Of a stretch of 64,000 bases of DNA, positions 30,628 through 39,868 are shown one piece after another. The DNA is from Candidatus Latescibacterota bacterium (GTDB lineage: Bacteria; Latescibacterota; UBA2968; GCA-2709665). The stretch is taken from positions 1,888,001 to 1,952,000 of the forward strand of contig OZ242180.1 in NCBI GenBank assembly GCA_965205485.1, written 5' to 3'. The stretch's first letter is position 1; each line of letters begins with the position of its first letter. Position numbers and translations under genes: made by a program. The notes beneath the pieces are model-generated. The model did no database searches and was not told the origin of the DNA. It worked only from the letters and a program-made list of their open reading frames with translations.

Positions 30628-32094
30628 ATGTATAGAGTTAAACCGATTCTGAGCTTCGTTGCGGCTGCCGCTTTTCTTGTGGTTGTCGCTGCCGGAAGCG
30701 CCGATGCGGGCGCCCTGGCGGGCAAGAAGCTGCTGGTCGATACCGTGTTCAATATGGTTGAAGACGACGCCGACAAGGTGAACGAGGGCGTGAATACCAT
30801 CGCGCCGTCGATGACCATGGAAGGCGACACCATCAAGGTGGAGCTGTTCATCGAAGACGGTGGTGGCGTCAGCACGCTGGGTGGCGGCGTCAAGTTCGCC
30901 GACAGCAATATGGATATGATGTTTGACGAGAGCTGGAAGATCGTCGCGGTCGACGGGATCGGTACCATTCCGAACCCGCAGTCCCTGACGGCCGACCAGT
31001 TTTCGCTTCTGCAATTCCCCGCGGCTCCGCTGCCGGATAACGGGTATTTCGCCACGGTGAAGATTGTGGCGCTTTCCAACATCGAGGAAGGCGCATCCTT
31101 CTACGCAAAAACCGCGGTAATAACGACGGACGAAGTGGATTCTCTGGACGTGTCCGAAGCCGTCGTGACCGTCGAGGCCCCCAAGGGTCCGACCATCATG
31201 GCCGATCCGATGATGGGCGGGAATATGTTCCAGATCCCGGCGGACGGCAGCGTTGAGGTGACCCTTTCGCTGGACAACCTCCCGGACGACGCGAGCATCT
31301 CCTGGGCAATCCTGGGCATGGAGGGCGACGGTTCGTTGGCCGTGCTGGATACGGATGGGATGATGCTCGAACCCGACGACATGATGATGGTCACTGCTGA
31401 CATGATCGTGCTGAAGGTGTCGGGCGGAAGCCTGCAGGTGACCGGGAAGGCCATCGTGAACGGCGAGGACACCGCGCCGATAACGATAACGTTCACCCAG
31501 TTGAACCCGGCCGAACTGGCCTCGTTCGACGGCGCAATGCAGACGGACCGCGTGGTGCTGAACTGGTCCACGGTCTCGCAGACGAACAATGCGGGCTGGC
31601 GGGTCATGCGCAGCGTCGACGGCGAGACCTTCGAGGCCGTCGGTAATTTCGTTCAGGGCGCGGGAACCGCCGATGCGCTGATGAACTACAGCTTTGAAGA
31701 CAAGAACCTGCCGGGCGTGGAGAAGGTTTACTACAGGCTGGAGCAGGTGGACCTGGACGGCTCGATTTCGCAGTCGAACGTCATCGAGGTGCTTCTGGGC
31801 GCCCGGATGCCGTTGCCCACGGAGTTCGCGGTCAACGTCTATCCGAACCCGTTCAACCCCAGCACCACGATTTCGTATGAACTCCCCGAATCCGCTCCGG
31901 TTTCGGTGGTCATCTACGACGTGCTGGGCCAGCAGGTGCGTCACCTGGTTTCGCAGTTCAACTCGGCCGGTCGCTATTCGGTCCAGTGGGACGCGCGCGA
32001 TAACCAGGGCAGGGGCGTTGCAAGCGGCGTTTACATCGCCAAGGTCGACGCCGGAACCACCACGCTGTCCCAGAAGATGCTGCTGCTCAAGTAA
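30628..32094 (+). CDS. Secreted acidic Met-rich protein with T9SS type-A C-terminal domain, possible N-terminal cohesin-like fold
   Basis: Signal peptide; PAELASF..VVLNWST..YYRLEQVDLDG Ig module; YPNPFNPSTTISY..ASGVY..KMLLLK. Confidence 0.8.
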   Translation: MYRVKPILSFVAAAAFLVVVAAGSADAGALAGKKLLVDTVFNMVEDDADKVNEGVNTIAPSMTMEGDTIKVELFIEDGGGVSTLGGGVKFADSNMDMMFDESWKIVAVDGIGTIPNPQSLTADQFSLLQFPAAPLPDNGYFATVKIVALSNIEEGASFYAKTAVITTDEVDSLDVSEAVVTVEAPKGPTIMADPMMGGNMFQIPADGSVEVTLSLDNLPDDASISWAILGMEGDGSLAVLDTDGMMLEPDDMMMVTADMIVLKVSGGSLQVTGKAIVNGEDTAPITITFTQLNPAELASFDGAMQTDRVVLNWSTVSQTNNAGWRVMRSVDGETFEAVGNFVQGAGTADALMNYSFEDKNLPGVEKVYYRLEQVDLDGSISQSNVIEVLLGARMPLPTEFAVNVYPNPFNPSTTISYELPESAPVSVVIYDVLGQQVRHLVSQFNSAGRYSVQWDARDNQGRGVASGVYIAKVDAGTTTLSQKMLLLK

Positions 32095-32120
32095 TCGCAG
32101 CCGCGCAGATGGAAAATCAA

Positions 32121-32156
32121 AGGACCGCCGAACCTCGCGTTCGGCGGTCTTTTTTT
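32121..32156 (+). terminator. Rho-independent terminator
   Basis: GACCGCCGAAC-loop-GTTCGGCGGTC followed by T7. Confidence 0.85.
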
Positions 32157-32164
32157 AATTCTCA

Positions 32165-32830
32165 AAGGCAGCTATCAGCGGTCAGTCATCAGCTATCAGC
32201 TAAAAGCGAGAGACAAAGTCAAAAGCAAACATTCCTCCCCACCCCGCAGACCTTTCTTCCCGGCCCTCTCAGGAAAAGCTGTCAGCGATCAGCCATCAGC
32301 TAAAAGCGAAGGGCAAAGTCAAGAGCAGATCCGCCTCCCAGCCCCGCAGACCTCTCTCCCCGGCCCTCTCTCCTACCAGGAGAGAGGGGGACAAGGCGGG
32401 TTTCGCTCTATCAATGCATTTCACGACTGGCGACCGGGGGTATGGGGGGTTTTTCCGTGCTGATCCGTCCAGCGCATTTGCCCTGGAACCGCTGGCAGGC
32501 CACACAGAAGATAAAATCATCGCACTCGTTTGTGAAACACCCCGTGGGTTTGCTTCGCAAGCTGTCGCGACCGGGGGTATCCCATTTGCCCTGGAACCGC
32601 TGAAGAGTTGGCAGGCCACGCAAGTCCCGTTTACGCCTCTGGAGTGATTCACGGAAAAACCGGCCCCCCGCCGAGGGGCGCGCTTCTTTTTGGTCCTTTT
32701 TCTTCCGCGCATAAGAAAAAGGACGTAAAAGAAAGAAAACAAAGGATTTATGAGAAATAGATCTGACATGCAAATGACTTACATGCTGTTTGCCTTTTCA
32801 TATGAAATCATGCATTCGGCATACTCCCAA
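32165..32830. repeat. Repeat cluster with structured element copy B (core 32430-32724)
   Basis: (YRTCAGC)n arrays, CCTCTCTCCCCGGCCCTCTC unit and the nested-hairpin element. Confidence 0.85.
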
Positions 32831-33031
32831 AAAGCTGCGTGGAGATAAGATGTTGGTGGGGAGAGATCCCCTGCCTTGCGAGGTTTCTTATCGCGCCGGC
32901 GACTTTGACACTTAGCCCCTTGATTTGTATTACACGATATAGTACTTTTACAGGTGTTGATCCAGCGGCGCCCGATGCCGGGTAGCCTGCGGAGGAACGT
33001 GAATAAGAAAAGCGTTTGAGGGGGAACACAA

Positions 33032-33226
33032 GTGGGTACGGTGACAGACGACAACGACAACAGAGATTGGGGCAGTGAGCAGGTGGCAAAGCTGCAAGGC
33101 CTTTCGGAACAGATGGATAAGCGGATTGAATTCATGGAAAAACTGTACGTCAGCATAGACCGCGAACTTTGGGCTGTGATAATGCTCGGAGTAGGGGCAA
33201 TCCTGGTACCAATTTTCATCAGGTGA
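33032..33226 (+). CDS. Small hypothetical protein, coiled coil plus C-terminal TM helix
   Basis: LWAVIMLGVGAILVPIFIR hydrophobic tail; start uncertain. Confidence 0.4.
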   Translation: MGTVTDDNDNRDWGSEQVAKLQGLSEQMDKRIEFMEKLYVSIDRELWAVIMLGVGAILVPIFIR

Positions 33227-33274
33227 CCGGATCTTCAATTTGTTTAAGACCCCCACGGAGAAAGGGCGGCAACC

Positions 33275-33823
33275 ATGGCCATTCCCAATCCAACGGTCAA
33301 GTTTACCTACGAAGACTACCTGAACACACCGGAAGACAGGCGGTACGAGCTTATAGACGGAGACCTGTTTATGACGCCCGCGCCTGGGGAACTTCACCAG
33401 CGAGTTTCCATTCTGCTGGGATCGAAACTGTTTCAGTTCGCATCCGAGAACAGGCTGGGGCGGGTCTATGTCGCTCCCTTCGACGTGGTGTTGTCGGACA
33501 TGGACGTGGTACAACCCGATCTGCTCTTTGTCTCTAACGAACGCAGCCGGATCATCACTCCCGAGAATGTGCAGGGCGCCCCGGATCTGGTCGTCGAAAT
33601 CCTTTCCCCGGCTACTGCCACACGAGACACGACATTCAAGCGCGTACTGTATGCGAGGCACGGCGTAAGAGAATACTGGATGGTAGACACACAGGAAGAA
33701 ACCATCACAGTGCTGCTGGCCGGCGATCGAGGATTGGAGATTGCGGAGGTCTATGGCGCAGGAGAGACGTTGACATCCGCTACCTTGGGCGGTTTCAAGT
33801 TGAATATCGACGATGTTTTTTAG
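33275..33823 (+). CDS. Uma2 family (DUF820) PD-(D/E)XK putative endonuclease
   Basis: TYEDY..RYELIDG..PAP..HQ, VQPDLLFV, PDLVVEILSP, K..LYARHGVREYW. Confidence 0.92.
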   Translation: MAIPNPTVKFTYEDYLNTPEDRRYELIDGDLFMTPAPGELHQRVSILLGSKLFQFASENRLGRVYVAPFDVVLSDMDVVQPDLLFVSNERSRIITPENVQGAPDLVVEILSPATATRDTTFKRVLYARHGVREYWMVDTQEETITVLLAGDRGLEIAEVYGAGETLTSATLGGFKLNIDDVF

Positions 33824-33951
33824 TCCAAATTCAAGATAAACTGCAACCTACCGGCGGTCCCGCCTTCCTGGCAGGAAGAGGTTCATGAGGTAGGTCGCAC
33901 ACCACCGGTCTCCTGTCTTGCTTCTACACGTAAATGGCCGCATTTGGGGGG

Positions 33952-33980
33952 TTGACGATTCACAATGGTATGGATATATT
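33952..33980 (+). promoter_or_regulatory. Putative sigma70 promoter
   Basis: TTGACG-N17-TATATT upstream of 34104. Confidence 0.5.
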
Positions 33981-34103
33981 GTATGGAGCCCCAGGACGGT
34001 GCCGGTTTTCGAGACGGGCTCGTTTTTCCGAATCGGGCATCGTGAATCAGGCCGCCCGAGGCTGTATTGATATCCTCGCGCACACAATAAGAAAATTCAC
34101 TGG

Positions 34104-34643
34104 ATGGACGACAGGAAATCTGTTTGGAGCGTTACGGATCGGGGCATATTTTCTTTCCTGTTCGTTTTATTCTTCATCAGTGGCGTTTTCCTGCGGTTTG
34201 CAGGATCTTATGAAATTCAATGGAATTTTTCAATTGTTGCGGACGTGGGGGCGATCGGGCTCTTCGCTGTGACAGCTTCATTCTTCTTAGAAGTTGTTTT
34301 AAAATTGCCGGTGAGTTCCCGAGCGCGAGCGAAAAAGCGGCGGTCAAGGCGGGAAAATCCGCCCATATTTGTCTATACGGGTGGAATTGACCAACGCCGA
34401 CCGGCGCTTTTGCAGCCGCGCGAAGACCGCTGGGAATTTTAAGACAGCTTCTTTTGGGAGGTGAAAGACGTTATGCTGGGCGTACACGAGGCTGTTAAAC
34501 AGTGGAATCTCAAGCGGGGACTTGAAAGGGGAAGAAGAGAACGTGACGAGTTGATAAGGAAGTGGCTATCGGAGGAGAGGGCGAAGGGCAGCGAGGGGTT
34601 CAGGGAAGATCCGCCGTTCCTCAACAACGGATCCGAAGATTGA
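34104..34643 (+). pseudogene. Paralog of 23494-23937 split by a MITE
   Basis: The two halves align to the N- and C-terminal parts of 23494-23937; removing 165 bp restores the frame. Confidence 0.8.
34290..34451. mobile_element. ~162-bp non-autonomous MITE
   Basis: TIRs (A)GAAGTTGTTTTAAAATT / AATTTTAAGACAGCTTC(T); candidate 3-bp target TTA/TTT; absent from the intact paralog. Confidence 0.8.
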
Positions 34644-34887
34644 CGAAAGCAACCCGTTACTGGAAGCAGAAAACCGGGGCTATCGGCGCGCCGGTTTTTT
34701 TATGCAGAACAGATATCTCCCCCGGCCCCGCAGACCTTTCTCCCCGGCCCTCTCAGAAAGAGCTGTCAGCGATCAGCCGTCAGCCATCAGCAAAAAACGA
34801 AGGGCAAAACCAGTAGCCACCGTTCCCCCTTCCCGTGGGAAGGGGGCTAGGGGGTAGGTCTCGCCCTATCAATGCATTTCACAGCTG

Positions 34888-35061
34888 GCGACCGGGGGTA
34901 TGGGGGGTTTTTCCGTGCTTTTCCGTCCATCGCATATGTATTGGTACTGCTGAAGTGTTGGCAGGCCACGCGAGTCCCGTTTATGCTTCCGGAGTGATTC
35001 ACGGAAAAACCGGCCCCCTGCCGAAGGGCGCCCTTCTTTTTGGTCCTTTTTCTTCGGCGCA
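34888..35061 (+). repeat. Structured element copy C (continues at 36362-36480 after the IS)
   Basis: Homologous to copies A, B, D and E; terminal hairpin split by IS481. Confidence 0.88.
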
Positions 35062-36361
35062 TGTATAGACCGGGCAGATAGGTAACACATGTTCGGGCAC
35101 ATGGGTGACAGTTGAAAGTGTTATTGTAGACCTGTAGAAAGGAGGTCTACAATGCCTTGGCCCGAGGTGTCCGCAGTGTCTGCTCGATCAGAGTTCGTTG
35201 ATTTCGCCCATCGTGAAGGCGCCAATGTCAGCAGGTTGTGTGAACGGTATGGCATCAGCCGCAAGACGGGATACAAGTGGCTGTCCCGCTATAAACAGGA
35301 CGCGTGTTGTGACTTCGAGGACCGCAGCAGGTGTCCTGGAACGATTCCGCACCGCACGTCGAAAGCGGTCGAAGATAAAATCATCGCACTGCGAGATAAA
35401 CACCCGGCGTGGGGTGCTCGCAAGCTGTCGCGACGGTTGAAGGATCTGGGAGAACGGGAGGTGCCGGCGTTAAGCACCATTACACAGATCCTGCGTCGCC
35501 GCGGCCGGCTATCTCCGGAACCGTGTCCAGAGCGTCAACCGTGGCAGCGCTTTGAGCATCCCGTACCGAATGCGCTGTGGCAGATGGACTTCAAGGGGCA
35601 CTTCCCGTTGCGGCGCGGGGCCTGCCATCCGCTGACGGTGCTGGATGACCACTCGCGGTTCTCCGTGGGGTTGGTGGCCTGCCCCAATCAGAGAGGCGAC
35701 ACGGTTCAACCCGCCCTCACACAGATCTTCAGGACCTATGGGCTGCCCGACAAGATCCTGAGCGACAATGGCGCGCCGTGGTGGGGTACAAAAGGCGGTA
35801 CCGTCTCGCGTATCTCGATCTGGCTGATCCGCCTGGGCATCCGCCTGACACGCTGTCGTCCGTATCACCCGCAGACCCAGGGCAAGGAGGAACGCTTTCA
35901 CCGCACGTTGAACGCGGAGGTGATCGCCTATCGCGCCTGGTCCACGTTGCCCCAGTGCCAGGACGCGTTCGACCACTGGCGCGACGTCTACAACTTCGAG
36001 CGTCCCCACGAAGCGCTGGACCTCGAGGTGCCCTCCACCCGCTATGAACCCTCTCACCGTGCGTTCCCTGATGCGTTGCCGCCGATCGAATACGGCCCTG
36101 GCGACCACGTGCGGAAGGTGGGCGCGAACGGCTACTTCCGCTATCAAGGACACAGCCTTCGTGTCAGCAACGCCCTGAGGGGCCTGCACGTAGCGGTACG
36201 GCCTACAACCAAAGATGGATGCGTCGACGTCTTCTTCTGTAACCACCGCGTCGGTGCGTTCGACCTTCGGGAATATGATGACACATAAATTGCTGCACAA
36301 CACATCAAAAAGTGTTACCTATGTACCCGAACACCTGTTACCCATGTACCCGGTCCGTACA
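35062..36361 (+). mobile_element. IS481-family insertion sequence, 1300 bp
   Basis: TGT...ACA ends; imperfect TIR TGTATAGACCGGGCAGATAGGTAACA vs TGTACGGACCGGGTACATGGGTAACA; 6-bp TSD GGCGCA (35056-35061 and 36362-36367). Confidence 0.95.
35152..36288 (+). CDS. IS481-family DDE transposase
   Basis: MPW start, HTH GISRKTGYKW, WQMDFKG, LSDNG, PQTQGKEERFHRT. Confidence 0.95.
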   Translation: MPWPEVSAVSARSEFVDFAHREGANVSRLCERYGISRKTGYKWLSRYKQDACCDFEDRSRCPGTIPHRTSKAVEDKIIALRDKHPAWGARKLSRRLKDLGEREVPALSTITQILRRRGRLSPEPCPERQPWQRFEHPVPNALWQMDFKGHFPLRRGACHPLTVLDDHSRFSVGLVACPNQRGDTVQPALTQIFRTYGLPDKILSDNGAPWWGTKGGTVSRISIWLIRLGIRLTRCRPYHPQTQGKEERFHRTLNAEVIAYRAWSTLPQCQDAFDHWRDVYNFERPHEALDLEVPSTRYEPSHRAFPDALPPIEYGPGDHVRKVGANGYFRYQGHSLRVSNALRGLHVAVRPTTKDGCVDVFFCNHRVGAFDLREYDDT

Positions 36362-36694
36362 GGCGCATAAGAAAAAGGACGTAAAAGAAGAAAAAAAAAG
36401 GATTTATAAGAAAGAGATCCGGCATGCAAATGGCATATGTGTAGTCTGCCTTTCTATAAAGAATCATGCTATTCGGAAGAACAAATCGGCACGGATTTCT
36501 TCTCCCGTCTTGCGTCCACCGCCTGCCCGATTCTCCGGAACGAACTCATCCCATATTCGTTAAAGAGATTGGCGGGTAAATGTCGTCCCCGCTTTTTCTA
36601 AAGGGAAAGACACCGAGGATCCCGGGTCCCCCCTTCCTTCAGGAAGGGGGTCAGGGGGTAGGTCCTTGGGAGAAAGGGTAAACAGGAGAACCAT

Positions 36695-37520
36695 ATGAAA
36701 AAAGATCACATTTCTTACCGCAGTTCTGCCGCTCCTGATCGCATCCCACGCGTTCGCGGGCGCCTGGACCCAGAAGAAGGGCGGCTATTATCTCAAGCTG
36801 TCGGGCGGATATCTGAATACCACGCAGGATATCAACGCCGAGGGCGATAAGGTTCGGAAGGACGGCGAGGGCAGATTGCGGGACGTAAACTGCACGGCCT
36901 ATCTGGAGTACGGGATCCAGGATGAGCTCACCCTGGTGGCCACGGCCCCTTACAAGAGCATGAAGGATACCCGAACGTTCCAGACGGGGACCGCCCTGGA
37001 GAGGCGGTGGGGGTTCGGCGACGTGGAGGTCCGGATGCGCCGGCTGCTCTGGAACAGGGATTTCGTGGCATCCGTGGCCGCGGGCGGGAAGATCCCCACC
37101 TGGTACGAAGACGACGAGAGCACGCGGGTGCCGTTGAGCTCGAAGAAGATCGACGGCGACGCGCGGCTTCTCCTCGGAAAGTCCCTCTACCCGCTGCCCG
37201 GGTACGTCACGGGTGAAGTGGGCTACCGGCTGCGCGGGGGAACGTTCAGCAACGAATGGTTCTACACCCTGGAGGCCGGTCTCACCTACGATCGGATTCT
37301 CATCAAGGGATTCATTTCAGGCATCCGGACGTTCGGCAACTGCGAGCCGGGGGATGAAGTGGACCTCATCGGCGATCAGAACATCCTGAAGATTGCCCCG
37401 GGGATCATCTATAAGCTGAATTCGAGGGTGGAGCTGAGTCTGGACCTGATCCACATCGCGTCAGGATGCAACACCACCGCCGGCAATACCTTCTTCGTGG
37501 GCGTGGCCCTCAAGCGGTAG
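36695..37520 (+). CDS. Exported, probably outer-membrane beta-barrel protein; +1 A frameshift in the start homopolymer
   Basis: RBS followed by ATGAAAAAAG; removing one A gives signal peptide MKKITFLTAVLPLLIASHAFA-GAWTQKKG in frame with ORF 36876-37520; alternating beta-strand pattern. Confidence 0.6.
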
Positions 37521-38020
37521 TCGCTTTTTTCAGTCAATCACAACCCGGAATTGTGCATTCAATCGCACGTGTCTACGATCGGCTTCGTTCATTGAACGAC
37601 CTCAATACCCCGGTATCGCACCGTTACCTTCTGTGCCTTTTGTGCTTTTTGTGGTAAATTGACTGTTGTCTTTCTTTCGAATTAAGTCTGGCAGCGTCAA
37701 CTATTTAACGCTCCCCGTAACAATCCTTCTGTGCATTATGTGCTTCTTTCAGCCATTGATCCACCAAGAGCAATAGCCACAAAAGGCACAAAAACACAAA
37801 ATGGGAGAGGTTTTATTCTGTGACCGACTAAGTTGGGGTAACGAACAACGCCCAGATTCCGCCCCGACGGTTGGCGTTTCTTCGCACTGGTTGGCTTTGG
37901 GTTCTTCTGTGCCTTTTGTGCTTTTTGTGGTAAATTAACGGTTGTTTTCTTTCGAATTAAGTCTGGCAGCGTCGACTATTTAACGCTCCCCGTAATAATA
38001 ACGGGAGGAGGATTTGATCG

Positions 38021-39082
38021 ATGGCGAATATCGTGATTCCAAAGGGATGGGAGATGCCGGAAAGCGAGGCCACGTCGGAAGACGTGTACGTGAACCGGCG
38101 GAAGTTCCTGAAGACGGCCGGCGCGGTTGGCGCGGCGGGCGTACTGGCCGGGTGCGGCAGCGAGCGGGTATTCGAACCGTTCGAACCGGAACCTGGGACG
38201 ACCGACGAGGATAAGGACAAGGAAGAAGAGGAAGAGAAGGAAGAGGAGGAGGAGGAAGAAGAGGAGGAAGAGGAGGAAGAAGAAGAGATCAAGCCGGCGT
38301 ACCCGGCACAGACGAATCCGAAGTTCTCGGAGCTGGACCGCAACCTGACGAATGAGTCGATTGCCGGCGGATACAACAACTACTACGAGTTCACCCGCGG
38401 GAAGACCGGCGTCCTGGAGAAGGCGGAGAAGTTCGTGATCAATCCGTGGACGCTGGAGGTCAAGGGGTTGGTCAGCAATCCGCTCACGCTGGACTACGAC
38501 GCGCTGCACCGCAGGTTCCCGCTGGAAGAGCGGCTCTACCGGCTGCGCTGCGTGGAGGCGTGGTCCATGGCCATTCCCTGGACGGGATTCCCGATGAAGG
38601 CGCTGATCGACGCCGTGGAGCCGCAGGCGGGCGTCACCCACGTCAAGTTCAACACGTTCATCAATCCCGACCAGGCCCCCGGTCAGTTCGACCGCCCCCA
38701 GTGGCCATGGCCCTACCAGGAAGGGCTACGGATGGATGAGGCGATGAACGAGCTCACGTTCGTCGTCACGGGCATCTACGGCCACGAGCTTCCCAAACAG
38801 CACGGCGCCCCGGTCCGGCTCGTCATCCCCTGGAAATACGGGTTCAAGAGCGCGAAGTCGATCGTGTCCATCGAGTTCGTGGCTGAACAGCCGGCCACGT
38901 TCTGGAACGAACTCGTCCCCAGGGAGTATGGATTCCTGGCCAACGTGGAGCCGGATGTGCCGCATCCGCGCTGGTCGCAGAAAACGGAGCGGTTCATCAC
39001 CACCGACGTGTCGAAGCCGCTCGTGCGTCCCACGCTCCTGTACAACGGATACCAGGAATTCGTGCAGGATCTGTACGGTTGA
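38021..39082 (+). CDS. msrP: Protein-methionine-sulfoxide reductase catalytic subunit (YedY), Tat lipoprotein with poly-Glu linker
   Basis: NRRKFLK Tat motif, LAGC lipobox, YNNYYEF, RLRCVEAWSM, GAPVRLVIPWKYGFKSAKSI, HPRWSQ. Confidence 0.93.
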   Translation: MANIVIPKGWEMPESEATSEDVYVNRRKFLKTAGAVGAAGVLAGCGSERVFEPFEPEPGTTDEDKDKEEEEEKEEEEEEEEEEEEEEEEIKPAYPAQTNPKFSELDRNLTNESIAGGYNNYYEFTRGKTGVLEKAEKFVINPWTLEVKGLVSNPLTLDYDALHRRFPLEERLYRLRCVEAWSMAIPWTGFPMKALIDAVEPQAGVTHVKFNTFINPDQAPGQFDRPQWPWPYQEGLRMDEAMNELTFVVTGIYGHELPKQHGAPVRLVIPWKYGFKSAKSIVSIEFVAEQPATFWNELVPREYGFLANVEPDVPHPRWSQKTERFITTDVSKPLVRPTLLYNGYQEFVQDLYG

Positions 39083-39109
39083 GGCGCGGGTCAGTCTGCG
39101 GAAAATGAT

Positions 39110-39868
39110 ATGATCATCGACGTCAACGCGTGGGTGGGGCACTGGCCGTTCCGGCAGTTGCGACACAATACGGTACCGGGCCTGCTGAGGCTGATGGACC
39201 GCAGCGGGATCGACAGGGCGGTGGTGGCGTCGGTTCACGGCGTGTTCTACAGGAACGCCCATTCGGCCAACGAGGAGCTGGCCGCACAGGTGCTGCGCCA
39301 TCGGGACCGGTTGATCCCGTTCGCCACGCTGAATCCGGCCTACGCGGGATGGGAGGAGGACCTGCGCCGGTGCGCCGAAGACCTGGAGCTGTGCGGAATT
39401 CGCCTGGTTCCGCAATACCACGGGTACGAGCCGGATTCCGAAGCGGCGCTGGATTTCCTGGATGCCGTTGCGGACCTGGGGTGGTCCGTTCAGGTGCCGA
39501 TGCGAATCGTGGACCGGCGACAACGGCATCCCTGGGACATGGCAGATGACCTGAAGCCGGCGACGTTTCGCCGGCTTTTTAATTTGCGGCCGCACGTCCG
39601 CTGGATGATCCTGAACGGCGCCGGCTTCACCGGGCGCATATTGCCCCCGGACGTCCGCTTCCTGGTGGACGTCTCCCGCCTCACCGCGGTATTGGAGCGC
39701 AGCATCCAGGGACTTACGCAGGCATGGGGCATCGAGCGCCTGGCCTTCGGCTCGGGCATGCCGTTCAACACCCCCGCGCCCGCATTGCTGAAACTTCAGG
39801 TCCTCGACGCGCCCGACGAGGTCAGGGAAGCCATCGCCTGGCGCAACGCCGACACCATGCTCCGCTGA
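39110..39868 (+). CDS. Amidohydrolase_2 family metal-dependent hydrolase
   Basis: IIDVNAWVGHWPF, GIRLVPQYH, RLAFGSGMP. Confidence 0.75.
   Translation: MIIDVNAWVGHWPFRQLRHNTVPGLLRLMDRSGIDRAVVASVHGVFYRNAHSANEELAAQVLRHRDRLIPFATLNPAYAGWEEDLRRCAEDLELCGIRLVPQYHGYEPDSEAALDFLDAVADLGWSVQVPMRIVDRRQRHPWDMADDLKPATFRRLFNLRPHVRWMILNGAGFTGRILPPDVRFLVDVSRLTAVLERSIQGLTQAWGIERLAFGSGMPFNTPAPALLKLQVLDAPDEVREAIAWRNADTMLR

Noticed and set aside
33275..33823. Uma2 nuclease as part of a defence system or as mobiliser of the repeats
   Set aside because: Stand-alone Uma2 genes are common; no partner genes or element boundaries support a link
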